DNA of 56,799 nucleotides, from the NCBI GenBank assembly GCA_964344105.1, contig CAYFMD010000005.1, positions 1 through 56,799 on the forward strand. The letters are read 5' to 3'. Source of the stretch: Candidatus Woesearchaeota archaeon. Its GTDB lineage: Archaea; Nanobdellota; Nanobdellia; Pacearchaeales; GW2011-AR1. Below, piece after piece: positions 39,729-49,985 of this stretch. The translations under genes and the position numbers were made by a program. Numbering within the stretch: the first letter of the stretch is position 1; every line of letters begins with the position of its first letter. Below the pieces are notes generated by a model. That model was not told the DNA's origin and made no database searches. It saw only the letters and a program-made list of their open reading frames with translations.

Positions 39729-41360
39729 CTAAGACCCATCATTCTCACCTCCTTTTATATCATCTCCAGTAAAATCCAATATCCGAATCTCACGAGTCTT
39801 CAAATTCAAAATAGGAACCTTGCAAGGATCAGGCACATTCCCAACTTTCTCCTCAAAAGCAGTCATTGACTGCCAACAGCTATTAGCAATTATTAACACA
39901 TTATTATAACTATCAATCTCAGTCCTATGCAAATCCCCTGTAGTAATTATATCTGGAATCTCTTTTATCAACATTGCATCCTCATCGCCAGGAATATAAG
40001 TAGTAGCTCCATGAGTTGGAGCTAAATGCCTTCTCAATAACAAATGCTTAATAACTTTAGCAGGTGCAGAATGTGCATTAGCCAATCTCAACTCTTCAAT
40101 CTCTCCAATAACTCCATGCATACTCGCCCCATGATACATCAAAACCTTAATCCCTTCCTTATCCTCAGTCCCCCCAATTTCAATAAAGCTAGGATTACTA
40201 ACAATATGCATATTTGGCAGCTTATGCAAAGCCTCTGCAAAGTCCTCACCAACAGGAGGCTGTGGTTCCGGAACTCTAACACCGTCATGCTGCCCAGCAC
40301 ATTGAATTATTTGAATATGTTTTGGAATCTTATCATAAAACTCAGCTAACCTATCATACTGCATCTTAATATCTTTAATAACCAGCTCCTTTTCCTGCCC
40401 AGGATAAACCCCAACCCCTTCAATAGTATCTCCAACAACAAACATATACTTAATTTTCTTCAAAGTCTCCCTCTGTTTCCTATCACTATTCTCTCCATTC
40501 AACCAACTAATGAACTTATTGAAATTATCTCCCAAAAAGTTATTACTTCCAACATGCACATCTGAAATAAACAGCGCAAACTCCTCATTATCCAACCTTT
40601 TCTTCTCACCTATAAAACAATCAGGATAAAAAAAATCATTAACAAACAAAAAATCCCTAGTACCATTACACTTAAACCCAATAATATCATCCAACAAAAT
40701 CTCCTTAGACTTTTCATAGACTTCTTCTTTATTCTGATTAATAAGAAGCTTGGCAGTCCCAGTCAAATCCTCAACTTCCAAAATCAAATTCTTATTTTTA
40801 GTAATCTGTTTACTAGTTACCATCCCAATAATACAAATCTCTGCATTCCCTGTAATCTTATCTATAGAAATCAAGTTATCTAACTCAGGCCTTTCCATTA
40901 AAAGCTTCTTCATACCATTGTACCTACTCCTAAAATGTTTCACAAAATTCCTAACCTCTAATTTCTGACTAGCAATAACTGGAGAGGACAAAATCTTAAC
41001 ATTCCCAGGCTCAACACCATCAAGATCTACATCCTCCACCTCATTCTTCTTTTCTTCAGCCACCCCAGCATCTTCCTCGACAACACTTTCCTTCTTTACC
41101 TCAACCGAAATACTAACATTCACAAAATATTTATCCACCAATTTCTTCTTACCATCATCCAATTCGTATAATATAGGCTTAATCTTCTCAATATTATCTC
41201 CAACCAATCCTTTAGTTATAATCTTCTTCTGACTAACAACTGCTATCTTATCTAAGATCTCATTAGCAACGTCTCTATCATCCAACTCATTAAGAAAATC
41301 TAGCATTTCTTTATCTAACAAGAACCCTTTTTCCACAAACAACTTTAATATCGCACTCAT
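39729..41360 (-). CDS. polB: DNA polymerase D small subunit DP1
   Basis: OB fold (LEVEDLTG), SDVHVGS, GVGVYPGQ, RRHLAPTHG, CWQSMTAF; start taken at MSAILK after SD GGAGGT. Confidence 0.93.
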   Translation of the reverse strand: MSAILKLFVEKGFLLDKEMLDFLNELDDRDVANEILDKIAVVSQKKIITKGLVGDNIEKIKPILYELDDGKKKLVDKYFVNVSISVEVKKESVVEEDAGVAEEKKNEVEDVDLDGVEPGNVKILSSPVIASQKLEVRNFVKHFRSRYNGMKKLLMERPELDNLISIDKITGNAEICIIGMVTSKQITKNKNLILEVEDLTGTAKLLINQNKEEVYEKSKEILLDDIIGFKCNGTRDFLFVNDFFYPDCFIGEKKRLDNEEFALFISDVHVGSNNFLGDNFNKFISWLNGENSDRKQRETLKKIKYMFVVGDTIEGVGVYPGQEKELVIKDIKMQYDRLAEFYDKIPKHIQIIQCAGQHDGVRVPEPQPPVGEDFAEALHKLPNMHIVSNPSFIEIGGTEDKEGIKVLMYHGASMHGVIGEIEELRLANAHSAPAKVIKHLLLRRHLAPTHGATTYIPGDEDAMLIKEIPDIITTGDLHRTEIDSYNNVLIIANSCWQSMTAFEEKVGNVPDPCKVPILNLKTREIRILDFTGDDIKGGENDGS

Positions 41361-41413
41361 TTTTCTACCTCCTACAAGCAAACTAAGAACCTGTATAAAC
41401 TATATAAATTAAA

Positions 41414-42613
41414 TTACAATCCTAAACTATCTTCCAAAATATTCTTAGCTTTATCCTTAATATTCTCTGGAATGGCCAACTTAATCTCCCTCATCCTACC
41501 ATGCCTACCCTTGCTAATAACCCTTGCATTAATCAATCCCAACATATCAAGCTCTGCAATAATATCACTAACCCTTCTTTGAGTCAAAACATCAATCTTA
41601 ACCCTCTTACATAATCCCTCATAAAAATCAAAAATATCTCCAGTAAAGACACTGTTATTCTTATCTTTATCAACCAACTCTATAATTGAATAAAGAACCA
41701 TCTGAAATTGCTTTGTACCAGTCTCCACAACATCCAAAATCTTATCCTTCTCAATTTTCTCATTAGCTTGGTCAATATGATCAATATCAATCTTATTATT
41801 TGAAGTCCTTTCAGCCAACTCACCAGCAACCCTCAATAAGTCCAAAGCCCTTCTAGCATCACCATGTTCTCTAGCAGCATAAGCAGCACACTTTGCTATA
41901 ACACCCTCATTAACAACTTCTGGCTTAAACGCTTCATTAGCTCTTTTTCTCAAGATATCTTGTAACTGAACAGCATTGTATGGTGGAAAAACAATCTCCT
42001 CTTCACTTAAACTACTCCTAACTCTCTGATCAATCATATCCAAAAACCTCAAATCATTACTAATACCTACAACAATTATCTGAGTATTATTCAACTCGCT
42101 GTTCAATCTAGTCAAATTATAAAGAAACTCATCATTTATCTTCTTAACAGCCTGATCAATCTCATCTAATATTAATATTAGCAATTTCTCCTTACTATTT
42201 TCTAAAATATCTAAGAACTTAAGATAAACCTGATCAGTGGGCAACCCTGTAGCAGGAACACTCCCACCTAACTTCTTAATCAGCTCTGCCAATATCCTAT
42301 ATTCAGTATCAGCAACCTTCTTCAACTTACAATTCAAATACTCAATCCTAAGGGTCTTCTCCTCACCAGACCTCCTAGCCAATTCGTTAGCCACATGCTG
42401 TACAGACAAAGTCTTGCCTGTACCAGTCTTACCATAAATAAACAAATTACTAGTCCTCTCACCCAACAAACTAGGAGCCAATATACTTGCTACAGTCTTT
42501 ATCTGATCATCCCTATGAGGAATATCCTCTGGTGAATGATTTGACTGCAAAATCTGCTTATCTTTAAACAAACTTCTACTTTCTACCGAATCAAAAATTT
42601 CATCTAGCTCCAT
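41414..42613 (-). CDS. cdc6: Cdc6/Orc1 replication initiator
   Basis: PHRDDQI, YGKTGTGKT, LDEID, HGDARRALDLL, C-terminal wHTH with SKGRHGR; start taken at MELDEIF. Confidence 0.96.
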   Translation of the reverse strand: MELDEIFDSVESRSLFKDKQILQSNHSPEDIPHRDDQIKTVASILAPSLLGERTSNLFIYGKTGTGKTLSVQHVANELARRSGEEKTLRIEYLNCKLKKVADTEYRILAELIKKLGGSVPATGLPTDQVYLKFLDILENSKEKLLILILDEIDQAVKKINDEFLYNLTRLNSELNNTQIIVVGISNDLRFLDMIDQRVRSSLSEEEIVFPPYNAVQLQDILRKRANEAFKPEVVNEGVIAKCAAYAAREHGDARRALDLLRVAGELAERTSNNKIDIDHIDQANEKIEKDKILDVVETGTKQFQMVLYSIIELVDKDKNNSVFTGDIFDFYEGLCKRVKIDVLTQRRVSDIIAELDMLGLINARVISKGRHGRMREIKLAIPENIKDKAKNILEDSLGL

Positions 42614-42714
42614 TTTACCCCTTTTTGCCAAAATCCACCTCTTTTTACAATAAATTTCAACAATAGTAATTACAACGACATCCAAACTTTATAAATACGA
42701 TTGTTCACTCCATA

Positions 42715-43172
42715 ATAACACCTTCACTTCGTATGGAAAAATCATCCATTTTATCGTCGATAAAATAATAATTCACACTTAAATCACAAAGAAAAACCAA
42801 CAATCTCAGTACACATAAAAAATAACTAAAAATCAAACCACCCTGACACCTTTATTTCCACTAGAAATAAAGAAAAACAACCATCTCACATAAATTTTAT
42901 AGCAATTTCCATAATTTTATCCACATTTTACACTTAAATTAATAATATATTACTCAAACATATACTTTATAATATATATTATAACATAACTTTAATATTA
43001 TATATTTCATAAAATATTCTTTAAAATATATATGAAATAATATATTTTTAACAATATATATCTTAATATATATAATATAATATAATAATATTTATAAATA
43101 AAAATAAAAAAAGAAAAAACTAAAATCTTATTATATAAATATTTCTATAAGAAATCAAGGGGACAGGGGGTA
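42715..43172. promoter_or_regulatory. oriC: Replication origin oriC (inverted ORBs flanking an AT-rich DUE)
   Basis: Minus-strand ORB TTCTAGTGGAAATAAAGGTGTCAGGG (about 42841-42866); plus-strand ORB TTTCTATAAGAAATCAAGGGGACAGGGGG (43142-43170); mini-ORB near 42719-42738; almost pure A/T at about 42960-43140; directly upstream of cdc6. Confidence 0.88.
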
Positions 43173-43256
43173 GGCGATTACCATCTATCATTACCAAAAC
43201 CATTAACTCCTTTAAATCATAAGAAAGTTTATAAAGAATAATCCTCTCCAATCATT

Positions 43257-43517
43257 ATGAGTATTGAAAAGAAGCCCCACAAGGAAATACTTACTAAACC
43301 TGTGGTAACAAAAGAGGGTAAAAAATTAGGTACAGTAAAGGACATTACTTTTGAGACAAGGACTGGAGAACTTATTCATATTATTATTAAAGATCCTTCA
43401 GAATATTCAAGCCAATTAAATCTAGAAAGATCTCAGCAATCAGAAATATTAATTCCATATAATTCTATAATTGCTATAGGCGACTTTGTAGTTGTTTCAG
43501 AAGAAGATTTAATGTAA
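43257..43517 (+). CDS. PRC-barrel domain protein (CdpB-like)
   Basis: VVTKEGKKLGTVKDITFETRTGEL...IPYNSIIAIGDFVVV. Confidence 0.88.
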   Translation: MSIEKKPHKEILTKPVVTKEGKKLGTVKDITFETRTGELIHIIIKDPSEYSSQLNLERSQQSEILIPYNSIIAIGDFVVVSEEDLM

Positions 43518-43586
43518 ACCATAAAAGTCATTTTCTCACAATAATCTTTAAAAACTAAACATTCCCAATACACATACATAAAAAAG

Positions 43587-44000
43587 ATGAAAATAATAGG
43601 ATTTAACTTAACAAGTATTCATGTAGATCGAAAAGAGATTATAGATCAAAGTGTACAAATAACTCAGAATGTAGACATCAAAGATCTAACCGAAGAGGAT
43701 GTACCAATTGCAGAGAAAAAAGCATTCAAGCTTTCATTTAATCTAATTGTTAAATATTCTGATGATTTTGCAAATCTCGAAATGGGTGGTAATATCTTAA
43801 TAATGCCTGATGAAGCTGAAGAAAAAAAGCTAAGGGAGGCTTGGAAGGAGAAAAAGATCCCTGAAGATATGAGAGTTCCCTTATTCAATTTTATTATGAA
43901 CAAATGTAATGTTAAAGCGCTTCACATTGAAGATGAAATGAATATGCCATTGCATGTTCCAATGCCAAGACTTACAAGCCAACCTAACGAAAAAAACTAA
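43587..44000 (+). CDS. Conserved-looking archaeal hypothetical protein (possibly SecB-like fold)
   Basis: Four beta strands then helices, ending in a PLHVPMP motif; fold is inference. Confidence 0.6.
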   Translation: MKIIGFNLTSIHVDRKEIIDQSVQITQNVDIKDLTEEDVPIAEKKAFKLSFNLIVKYSDDFANLEMGGNILIMPDEAEEKKLREAWKEKKIPEDMRVPLFNFIMNKCNVKALHIEDEMNMPLHVPMPRLTSQPNEKN

Positions 44001-44821
44001 TCCAATTTATTTTTCTTAATTAACTTGTCCAACTTACCAAAATTATACTCTTTTTTCTCATCATTATTATAAATAACTACATCAAATTTCTTCAAATCCT
44101 TAAACATAATAAATGAAAAATCATGTCTATCTTCCATAACATTTAGATCACTCCCATATTTTATATCAGAAAAACTCGGAAAAATAACAACATTTTTCCT
44201 TTTCCACTTACCTTTCAAGAAACATTTGAATCTTTCCCTCTTATAATTATCAGACAAAGTTATCGACGGGTGCCAATGTCCAAACATTAACCAATCAGCA
44301 TCCAAACACTGTTTAAACATCTTATCTCCATGTAAAAAACAGTATTTCTTACCATCTATCTTGACCTTAAAGTACTCTTTCAAATCAATATCTCTTTTTT
44401 TACATATTGGTTCTAATACTGTATCATGATTTCCTTTAACAATCATTATCTTAGCACCCCTACTCCTAACTTCAAGAAAATCAAAAAATGAAAGAACTTC
44501 TCTCCATTCAATGTCAGATATCTCACCAAAATAATGCTTAACATCTCCTAACAAAACAACACGTTTAACTTTAACCTTCAAACTATCCAAATGATCAAAC
44601 ACACCTTCTAACTTCTCAATTATATTTTCCAACTGAACCATCCCAACACTTCTACCAAATCTATCATCATATCCAATATGCAAATCTCCAATTACTAAAA
44701 CATCTTCAATTAACAAACAATCATGTAGAAATTTTATATTTTCTTTACTCATAAGAAAATGGATCAAATGGCCTTTATTAATGTTTTTCAATCCAATTTT
44801 AGTAATTTTATTCGGTTTCAA
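43997..44821 (-). CDS. Metallophosphoesterase (Lhr-associated MPE type; true start probably 44752)
   Basis: GDLHIG, LGDVKH, GNHD, HGD, GHWHP. Confidence 0.88.
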   Translation of the reverse strand: MKPNKITKIGLKNINKGHLIHFLMSKENIKFLHDCLLIEDVLVIGDLHIGYDDRFGRSVGMVQLENIIEKLEGVFDHLDSLKVKVKRVVLLGDVKHYFGEISDIEWREVLSFFDFLEVRSRGAKIMIVKGNHDTVLEPICKKRDIDLKEYFKVKIDGKKYCFLHGDKMFKQCLDADWLMFGHWHPSITLSDNYKRERFKCFLKGKWKRKNVVIFPSFSDIKYGSDLNVMEDRHDFSFIMFKDLKKFDVVIYNNDEKKEYNFGKLDKLIKKNKLD

Positions 44822-45023
44822 CCAAGGAACTTAATCCATGATTATATCCTTTTGAGTAATTCATCTCAGGAGTACCATTAATATATCTATAGGCAGCAAT
44901 TGAAATAACAGAACCTAGAAACAACCCACTAAATAAACCTATAAAAAATCCCGTATTGGATCCTTGATTATAAGATTCATTTCTTTCCCTACGTAACAAT
45001 TCTCTCTGCTCACTATAAACCAT
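44808..45023 (-). CDS. Small single-TM hypothetical protein
   Basis: GFFIGLFSGLFLG TM; lies between lhr and MPE. Confidence 0.55.
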   Translation of the reverse strand: MVYSEQRELLRRERNESYNQGSNTGFFIGLFSGLFLGSVISIAAYRYINGTPEMNYSKGYNHGLSSLVETE

Positions 45024-45092
45024 TTTATTAATATACTTATTTCAATAATACCAAAATATCATTTATATTTTTACCCATAAATATGAGGCTAA

Positions 45093-47696
45093 TCACTCCC
45101 CAATCTCCCTAAGTATTTCTTTATGCATCCTCTTCAAAAACTTCAGCTTATCTTCAATTTTCAACAAATCACTATACCCTTGCATAACTAAATTCAATGC
45201 AAAAGGACTAGGAAGCTTGGTATGAATGCTATCTATCTTAACCTTTCCATCCTTAATCCAGCCTAAAACCTTCCTAGCATTTTCAATGTCCATCAAATCT
45301 TCTAAAACCTCTCTTCTAGCCTCTTTCAGTATTGGAAAGTCTCTACTTATTTTATTTATTGCGCTCATCAAAAAGAAACTATTCATCTGCTGCTTACCAA
45401 CACTTTTACTCCTTCCTTTATAATTTCTTAATATCATTAAACTTCTAGCCGCACAATGTCTGAATCTCCTCTTTAAAATTTCAGTTTTAGCTATAGCTTC
45501 CTCCAAGGCCTCCTGCAAGTTATCAACATTCAATACCTTCATGGCTTCTTCAACAGGCAAATTCTCTCCAGCAAAATAAAATCCATTATCATTAATCCCA
45601 ATCTCAATATCTCTGCCTACTTTCTGTCCCATTAAATAACCAATTGCCCTAGATAGTGCATCATTCACTCTTCTACCATACAAACTATGGAATACAACAT
45701 AGTTCTTTTCACCCTTATAATACTCAACTAATATCCTTTCTGCATGAGGTATCTTAGCAAATTTATATTGCTCATAAAAATAATTATAAATTCCTTTAGC
45801 AGCTCCATCTCCCAAATAACAATACTCCTTAATGAAACCAACAATATCAACTTTCTTCATCTTTTTCTCAAATCTATCATTAATCATCTTTCTAAACTTC
45901 CCAATTTCAATAGCAGAATCAAAAGAAAGAGGTAATTGCTCAGAAAACCAACTAGGAATTGTAGGATTTCTCTTAATTCCTTCTTTAACATAAACCTTCA
46001 TCCCTCTCGTATAAAGAAACTGATACTTTCTACCTCCAAGCACAAAAACATCTCCTGTCTTCATCTTCTCCAAAAAAGCCTCATCAACCATTCCTACTTT
46101 AGCACCTTTCCTTTCTCCTTGTCCAATTTCAACAGTAGCAAAGCTCTCTTCAGGAATTGTACCTATATTGGTCATATAAATAACTCTAGCAAGCTTACCT
46201 TTCTTACCAACCTGCTTTGTTTCCTTATCATACCATATTTTAGCATAAACATTCCTGTGTTCCAAATCATATTCTCCAGATAGATAACTAATAACACTCA
46301 TGAAATCTTCTTTACTCAAATCACTATAACAATAACTTTTCTTAATCACTTTATACATCTCATTAATATCCCAAATCTTCTGAATACACATCCCATAAAT
46401 CTGTTGACTCAGTACGTCTAAACAATTTCTTGGAATATGGATCTTATCTATTCTCTTTTCCACACATTCTTTATTCAAAATACTACATTCAACTAAATCA
46501 TCTCTATCTAAAACCAAAAATCTACCTTTACTTATATCATGTAACTTATGTCCAGCTCTACCAATTCTTTGCAAAGCTCTTGCACTACCTTTTGGACTTC
46601 CCAAAAGTACAACAAGATCAATAAAACCAATATCAATACCTAATTCTAAACTACTAGAAGTAACAACAACTTTTAATTCACCTCTTCTAAGCTTCTCTTC
46701 AATTTCAAATCGATACTCCTTACTTAACGAAGAATGATGTGCACCTATATTCTCAACATAATTCTCAGGAAACATATCCTTCAGATGGTTAATAACACGC
46801 TCAGTAGCAGCTCTTGTATTAGTAAAAACAACGGTAGTCTTATGATCTTGTATCAATTTATCCAATAAACCATACATAGAGTTATACATCTCATTACTAT
46901 CCACATTAATTAAGTCCTTAACACCAGTCAAAACCTTAACATCAGTAGTCTTAACTGCTTTAACTTCTGAAATAACACAATCTCTATCCTTACCAACTAA
47001 AAAGTTTGCAATACCATCTATTGGGGCGACTGTAGCACTTAACCCTATTCTAACTGGAGTTATATTGCTTAACTCCTCTAACCTTTCTAAACTAATACTA
47101 AGATAAACTCCTCTCTTATTATCTAAAGAATGAATCTCATCAATAATAACAAACTCAGTACTATAAAATAATTCAATAAATTTTTTAGTTGTTAGAGCAA
47201 TAGCTAAACTTTCAGGGGTTGTAATAAAAATATGTGGCGGTTTTCTCAACATCTTGGCCTTCTCACTAGCTGTTGTATCTCCAGTACGAACTCCCACTCT
47301 TATATCTTGTAATTCAATTCCTTGTCCTTCAGCAATTTCTTTAATCTCAGCCAAAGGCCTCTCAAGATTAACATAAATATCATTATTCAATGCCTTTAAG
47401 GGTGAGCTATAAATACAATAAATCTTATCTTCTAACTCTTTTTTCCTAGCAAGACCAACAAGATAATTCAAAATACTAAGAAAACTAGTAAGAGTCTTGC
47501 CACTTCCAGTACTAGCACTAATTAATATGTTCTTCCTCTCATGAACATTCATAACTCCATGCAGCTGACTATCTGAAAACTTCTCAAACTTACTAAAAAA
47601 CCACTCATGTACAAGTGGATCCAAAACGCCAGCTAGCTTTTTTGCATCTCTAGCTTCCGTTCTGGGATATATCTGACTCTCCATGTTAACAATCAC
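45093..47696 (-). CDS. lhr: Lhr-family ATP-dependent helicase (archaeal Lhr-core)
   Basis: STGSGKT, TTPESL, DEIH, GLSAT, AHHSSL, SLELGIDIG, QRIGRAGH, PSWFSE. Confidence 0.95.
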   Translation of the reverse strand: MIVNMESQIYPRTEARDAKKLAGVLDPLVHEWFFSKFEKFSDSQLHGVMNVHERKNILISASTGSGKTLTSFLSILNYLVGLARKKELEDKIYCIYSSPLKALNNDIYVNLERPLAEIKEIAEGQGIELQDIRVGVRTGDTTASEKAKMLRKPPHIFITTPESLAIALTTKKFIELFYSTEFVIIDEIHSLDNKRGVYLSISLERLEELSNITPVRIGLSATVAPIDGIANFLVGKDRDCVISEVKAVKTTDVKVLTGVKDLINVDSNEMYNSMYGLLDKLIQDHKTTVVFTNTRAATERVINHLKDMFPENYVENIGAHHSSLSKEYRFEIEEKLRRGELKVVVTSSSLELGIDIGFIDLVVLLGSPKGSARALQRIGRAGHKLHDISKGRFLVLDRDDLVECSILNKECVEKRIDKIHIPRNCLDVLSQQIYGMCIQKIWDINEMYKVIKKSYCYSDLSKEDFMSVISYLSGEYDLEHRNVYAKIWYDKETKQVGKKGKLARVIYMTNIGTIPEESFATVEIGQGERKGAKVGMVDEAFLEKMKTGDVFVLGGRKYQFLYTRGMKVYVKEGIKRNPTIPSWFSEQLPLSFDSAIEIGKFRKMINDRFEKKMKKVDIVGFIKEYCYLGDGAAKGIYNYFYEQYKFAKIPHAERILVEYYKGEKNYVVFHSLYGRRVNDALSRAIGYLMGQKVGRDIEIGINDNGFYFAGENLPVEEAMKVLNVDNLQEALEEAIAKTEILKRRFRHCAARSLMILRNYKGRSKSVGKQQMNSFFLMSAINKISRDFPILKEARREVLEDLMDIENARKVLGWIKDGKVKIDSIHTKLPSPFALNLVMQGYSDLLKIEDKLKFLKRMHKEILREIGE

Positions 47697-47779
47697 ACCA
47701 AATTTACTTAAGAAATTACTATTGGTCTAAGTAATAAACATTATCAATCTAAATTACTTTATAAAACTTATTAATTATT

Positions 47780-48378
47780 TTATATACCTGTTACTATTAA
47801 TTCAAAATTATTTCTTTTCTTATCAAATTTTCCTTCAATAAGGTCTTCAAATATTTTCCAATTTTTATGATATAAATATTTAGCAGATTTTGAGCCATAT
47901 ATTTTTGGAGAAGCTAAAACAAAAGATAATTCCTCAATTAGATATAAACAAGCTTCATCAATTGAATCATCCATATCTTCTTTCATCTTATCACTTACAA
48001 CTTCTAAAGTTGTCTCTCTAACAGCTTTCCTAAATTTGACATTCTTTTTATACAAATTATCAACTTCATTCAGTTTACTAAGATATTCCTTATATCTGAT
48101 TTCCAATTAACAACAATAAATTTAGAGTTATTATCAAAATTATCAAGAATTCTTTTTACCCTATTCAACAAAAGATTAGCATTAAGCTTAGATTTCCTTC
48201 TAACCTTATTTTCAGGGTATCCTAACGCCCTAAATGTATGCTCGGCTGGTTTATCTGGAGAGATAACAATAATTTTTTCAAAGTTTTTATCAGCATATAA
48301 CAACAGTTTTCTTATTGTTTTTTCATCAAAATAACTATTTCCAGCACTCATCCAAATTATAGCAATTTCATTTAACAT
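47780..48378 (-). pseudogene. tRNA-dependent cyclodipeptide synthase (CDPS), frameshifted into two ORFs
   Basis: N-half MSAGNSYF and HTFRALGY; C-half YLIEEL and YLYH; frames overlap at 48070-48106. Confidence 0.75.
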
Positions 48379-48528
48379 ATAATTCATAGCAAAATATAAT
48401 TTAAAAAATATTACTTTCACTATAATCCTGCAAATTCACAGATACCTTTCACTATAAAACTAGCTAGAGATTTAATTAGATAATCTGTATACCGAATAAC
48501 TTATATAGTTTGAATTCTTATTTAATTA

Positions 48529-49470
48529 ATGAAAAAGAAAACTATTAACAAAGATACAAGAAAAAAGATTTCAAGATCTTTAAAAGAATATTTTAGTAAT
48601 CCTAAAAATAGAAAGAGATTATCAGATTCTCATAAGGGAAAGACTCTTACAGAGGAACACAAAAGAAAAATCAAAGAATCTGTTAAGAAATGGAATAAAG
48701 AAGTTGGTATGCGATCAGAAATCAGAAAGAGAATAGCAGAAAAACAAAAAGGAAAAAAGTTATCAGAAGAAACAAAAAGAAAAATAGGGCTTGCAAATAA
48801 AGGAAATACTGCTTGGAATAGGGGCTTAACTAAAGAAGATCCAAGAGTTTTACTAAATTCTATTAAAAGAGCAAAAACACAAAAACAAATGCATAAAGAA
48901 GGGAGATTGAAGCCTTGGAATTTAGGCAAGCACCACAGTGAAGAAACAAGAAAAAAGATCTCATTACAGAGAAAAGGAAAAACATACGAAGAAATTATGG
49001 GAAAAGAGAAAGCATTACAACTCAAAAAGAGACTATCCGAGTTAGGCAGGATGAAAACTGGAGAAGATAATCCTATGTATGGAATGACAGGTGAGAAAAA
49101 CCCTCATTTTGGAAAACCAGCAAAACATGGAAAGCATTCTTTTAAGAGAGATCTAGGACATCACTGCCGTTCAACTTGGGAGGCTAACTATGCTAGATAT
49201 CTTTTGTGGATAAATAAAAAATATAAATATGAACCAAAAACATTTACTATCCGACTTCCAAATGAAATAAAAGGGACCTATACTCCAGACTTCTTAGTTA
49301 ATGGTAATGAGTGGCATGAAGTTAAGGGATGGGAGGATCGTAATACAATAAAGAAATGGAAGCTATTTCAGCAGCAATATCCAGAAGAAAAATTTATATT
49401 AATAGATAGGATTAAATATAAAAAGATAGAAAAGTTGTTCAAATATATAATACCTAACTGGGAATTCTAA
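48529..49470 (+). CDS. Homing endonuclease-like protein: NUMOD3 repeats plus C-terminal PD-(D/E)XK nuclease
   Basis: KGKTLTEEHKRKI, KGKKLSEETKRKI, GKHHSEETRKKI, NPMYG; RSTWE..YEP..YTPDF..EVKG. Confidence 0.82.
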   Translation: MKKKTINKDTRKKISRSLKEYFSNPKNRKRLSDSHKGKTLTEEHKRKIKESVKKWNKEVGMRSEIRKRIAEKQKGKKLSEETKRKIGLANKGNTAWNRGLTKEDPRVLLNSIKRAKTQKQMHKEGRLKPWNLGKHHSEETRKKISLQRKGKTYEEIMGKEKALQLKKRLSELGRMKTGEDNPMYGMTGEKNPHFGKPAKHGKHSFKRDLGHHCRSTWEANYARYLLWINKKYKYEPKTFTIRLPNEIKGTYTPDFLVNGNEWHEVKGWEDRNTIKKWKLFQQQYPEEKFILIDRIKYKKIEKLFKYIIPNWEF

Positions 49471-49471
49471 A

Positions 49472-49741
49472 ATGAGCAAGATATCTCCAGAAAAAAAAGA
49501 GAAGATAATGTCAAATATTATGGCTATAATGTTTGAGAACTTTCCGAATCAATTATTTACAGCAGAGATAAGTAGGATAGAGCTAAGAGATGAAGAGTTT
49601 ATCAAAAAATTACTATTTGAACTAAAGCAGAAAGGATTGGTGGTCCCAGTAAGAAAAAATGCAAAAGGAGACACATTTAGCAAAAGAATCAAATGGAGAC
49701 TTAGTAATAAAGCATACGAGGCCTATAAATTACATCAATAA
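49472..49741 (+). CDS. Small winged-helix protein
   Basis: LFTAEISRIELRDEEFIKKLLFELKQKGLV...WRL. Confidence 0.7.
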   Translation: MSKISPEKKEKIMSNIMAIMFENFPNQLFTAEISRIELRDEEFIKKLLFELKQKGLVVPVRKNAKGDTFSKRIKWRLSNKAYEAYKLHQ

Positions 49742-49985
49742 TCTTATTCTTATGTAGTATTCAGAAATTAGTTGACAACTAAATTGAGCTAAAAATCAAT
49801 CTATTTTGGTAATCTATAAAATTAACGGAAGATAATTCCTGCCTCATATTTTTAGTTTGCTTGCTCTAGAGTTTATTACATACAAGATACTAGTAAGAGG
49901 TTTGCAGAATGCCAAATAATAAAATAATACTCCCATAATCTTATTCTTACTAAATCCTTAAATAAAACCTACAATAGATTAACCC

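Noticed and set aside
34286..42613. Inteins in DP2 or Cdc6
   Set aside because: Lengths are normal and no intein splice or LAGLIDADG motifs were seen.
43997..47696. Lhr plus metallophosphoesterase as a novel system
   Set aside because: This gene pairing is already a known conserved neighbourhood.
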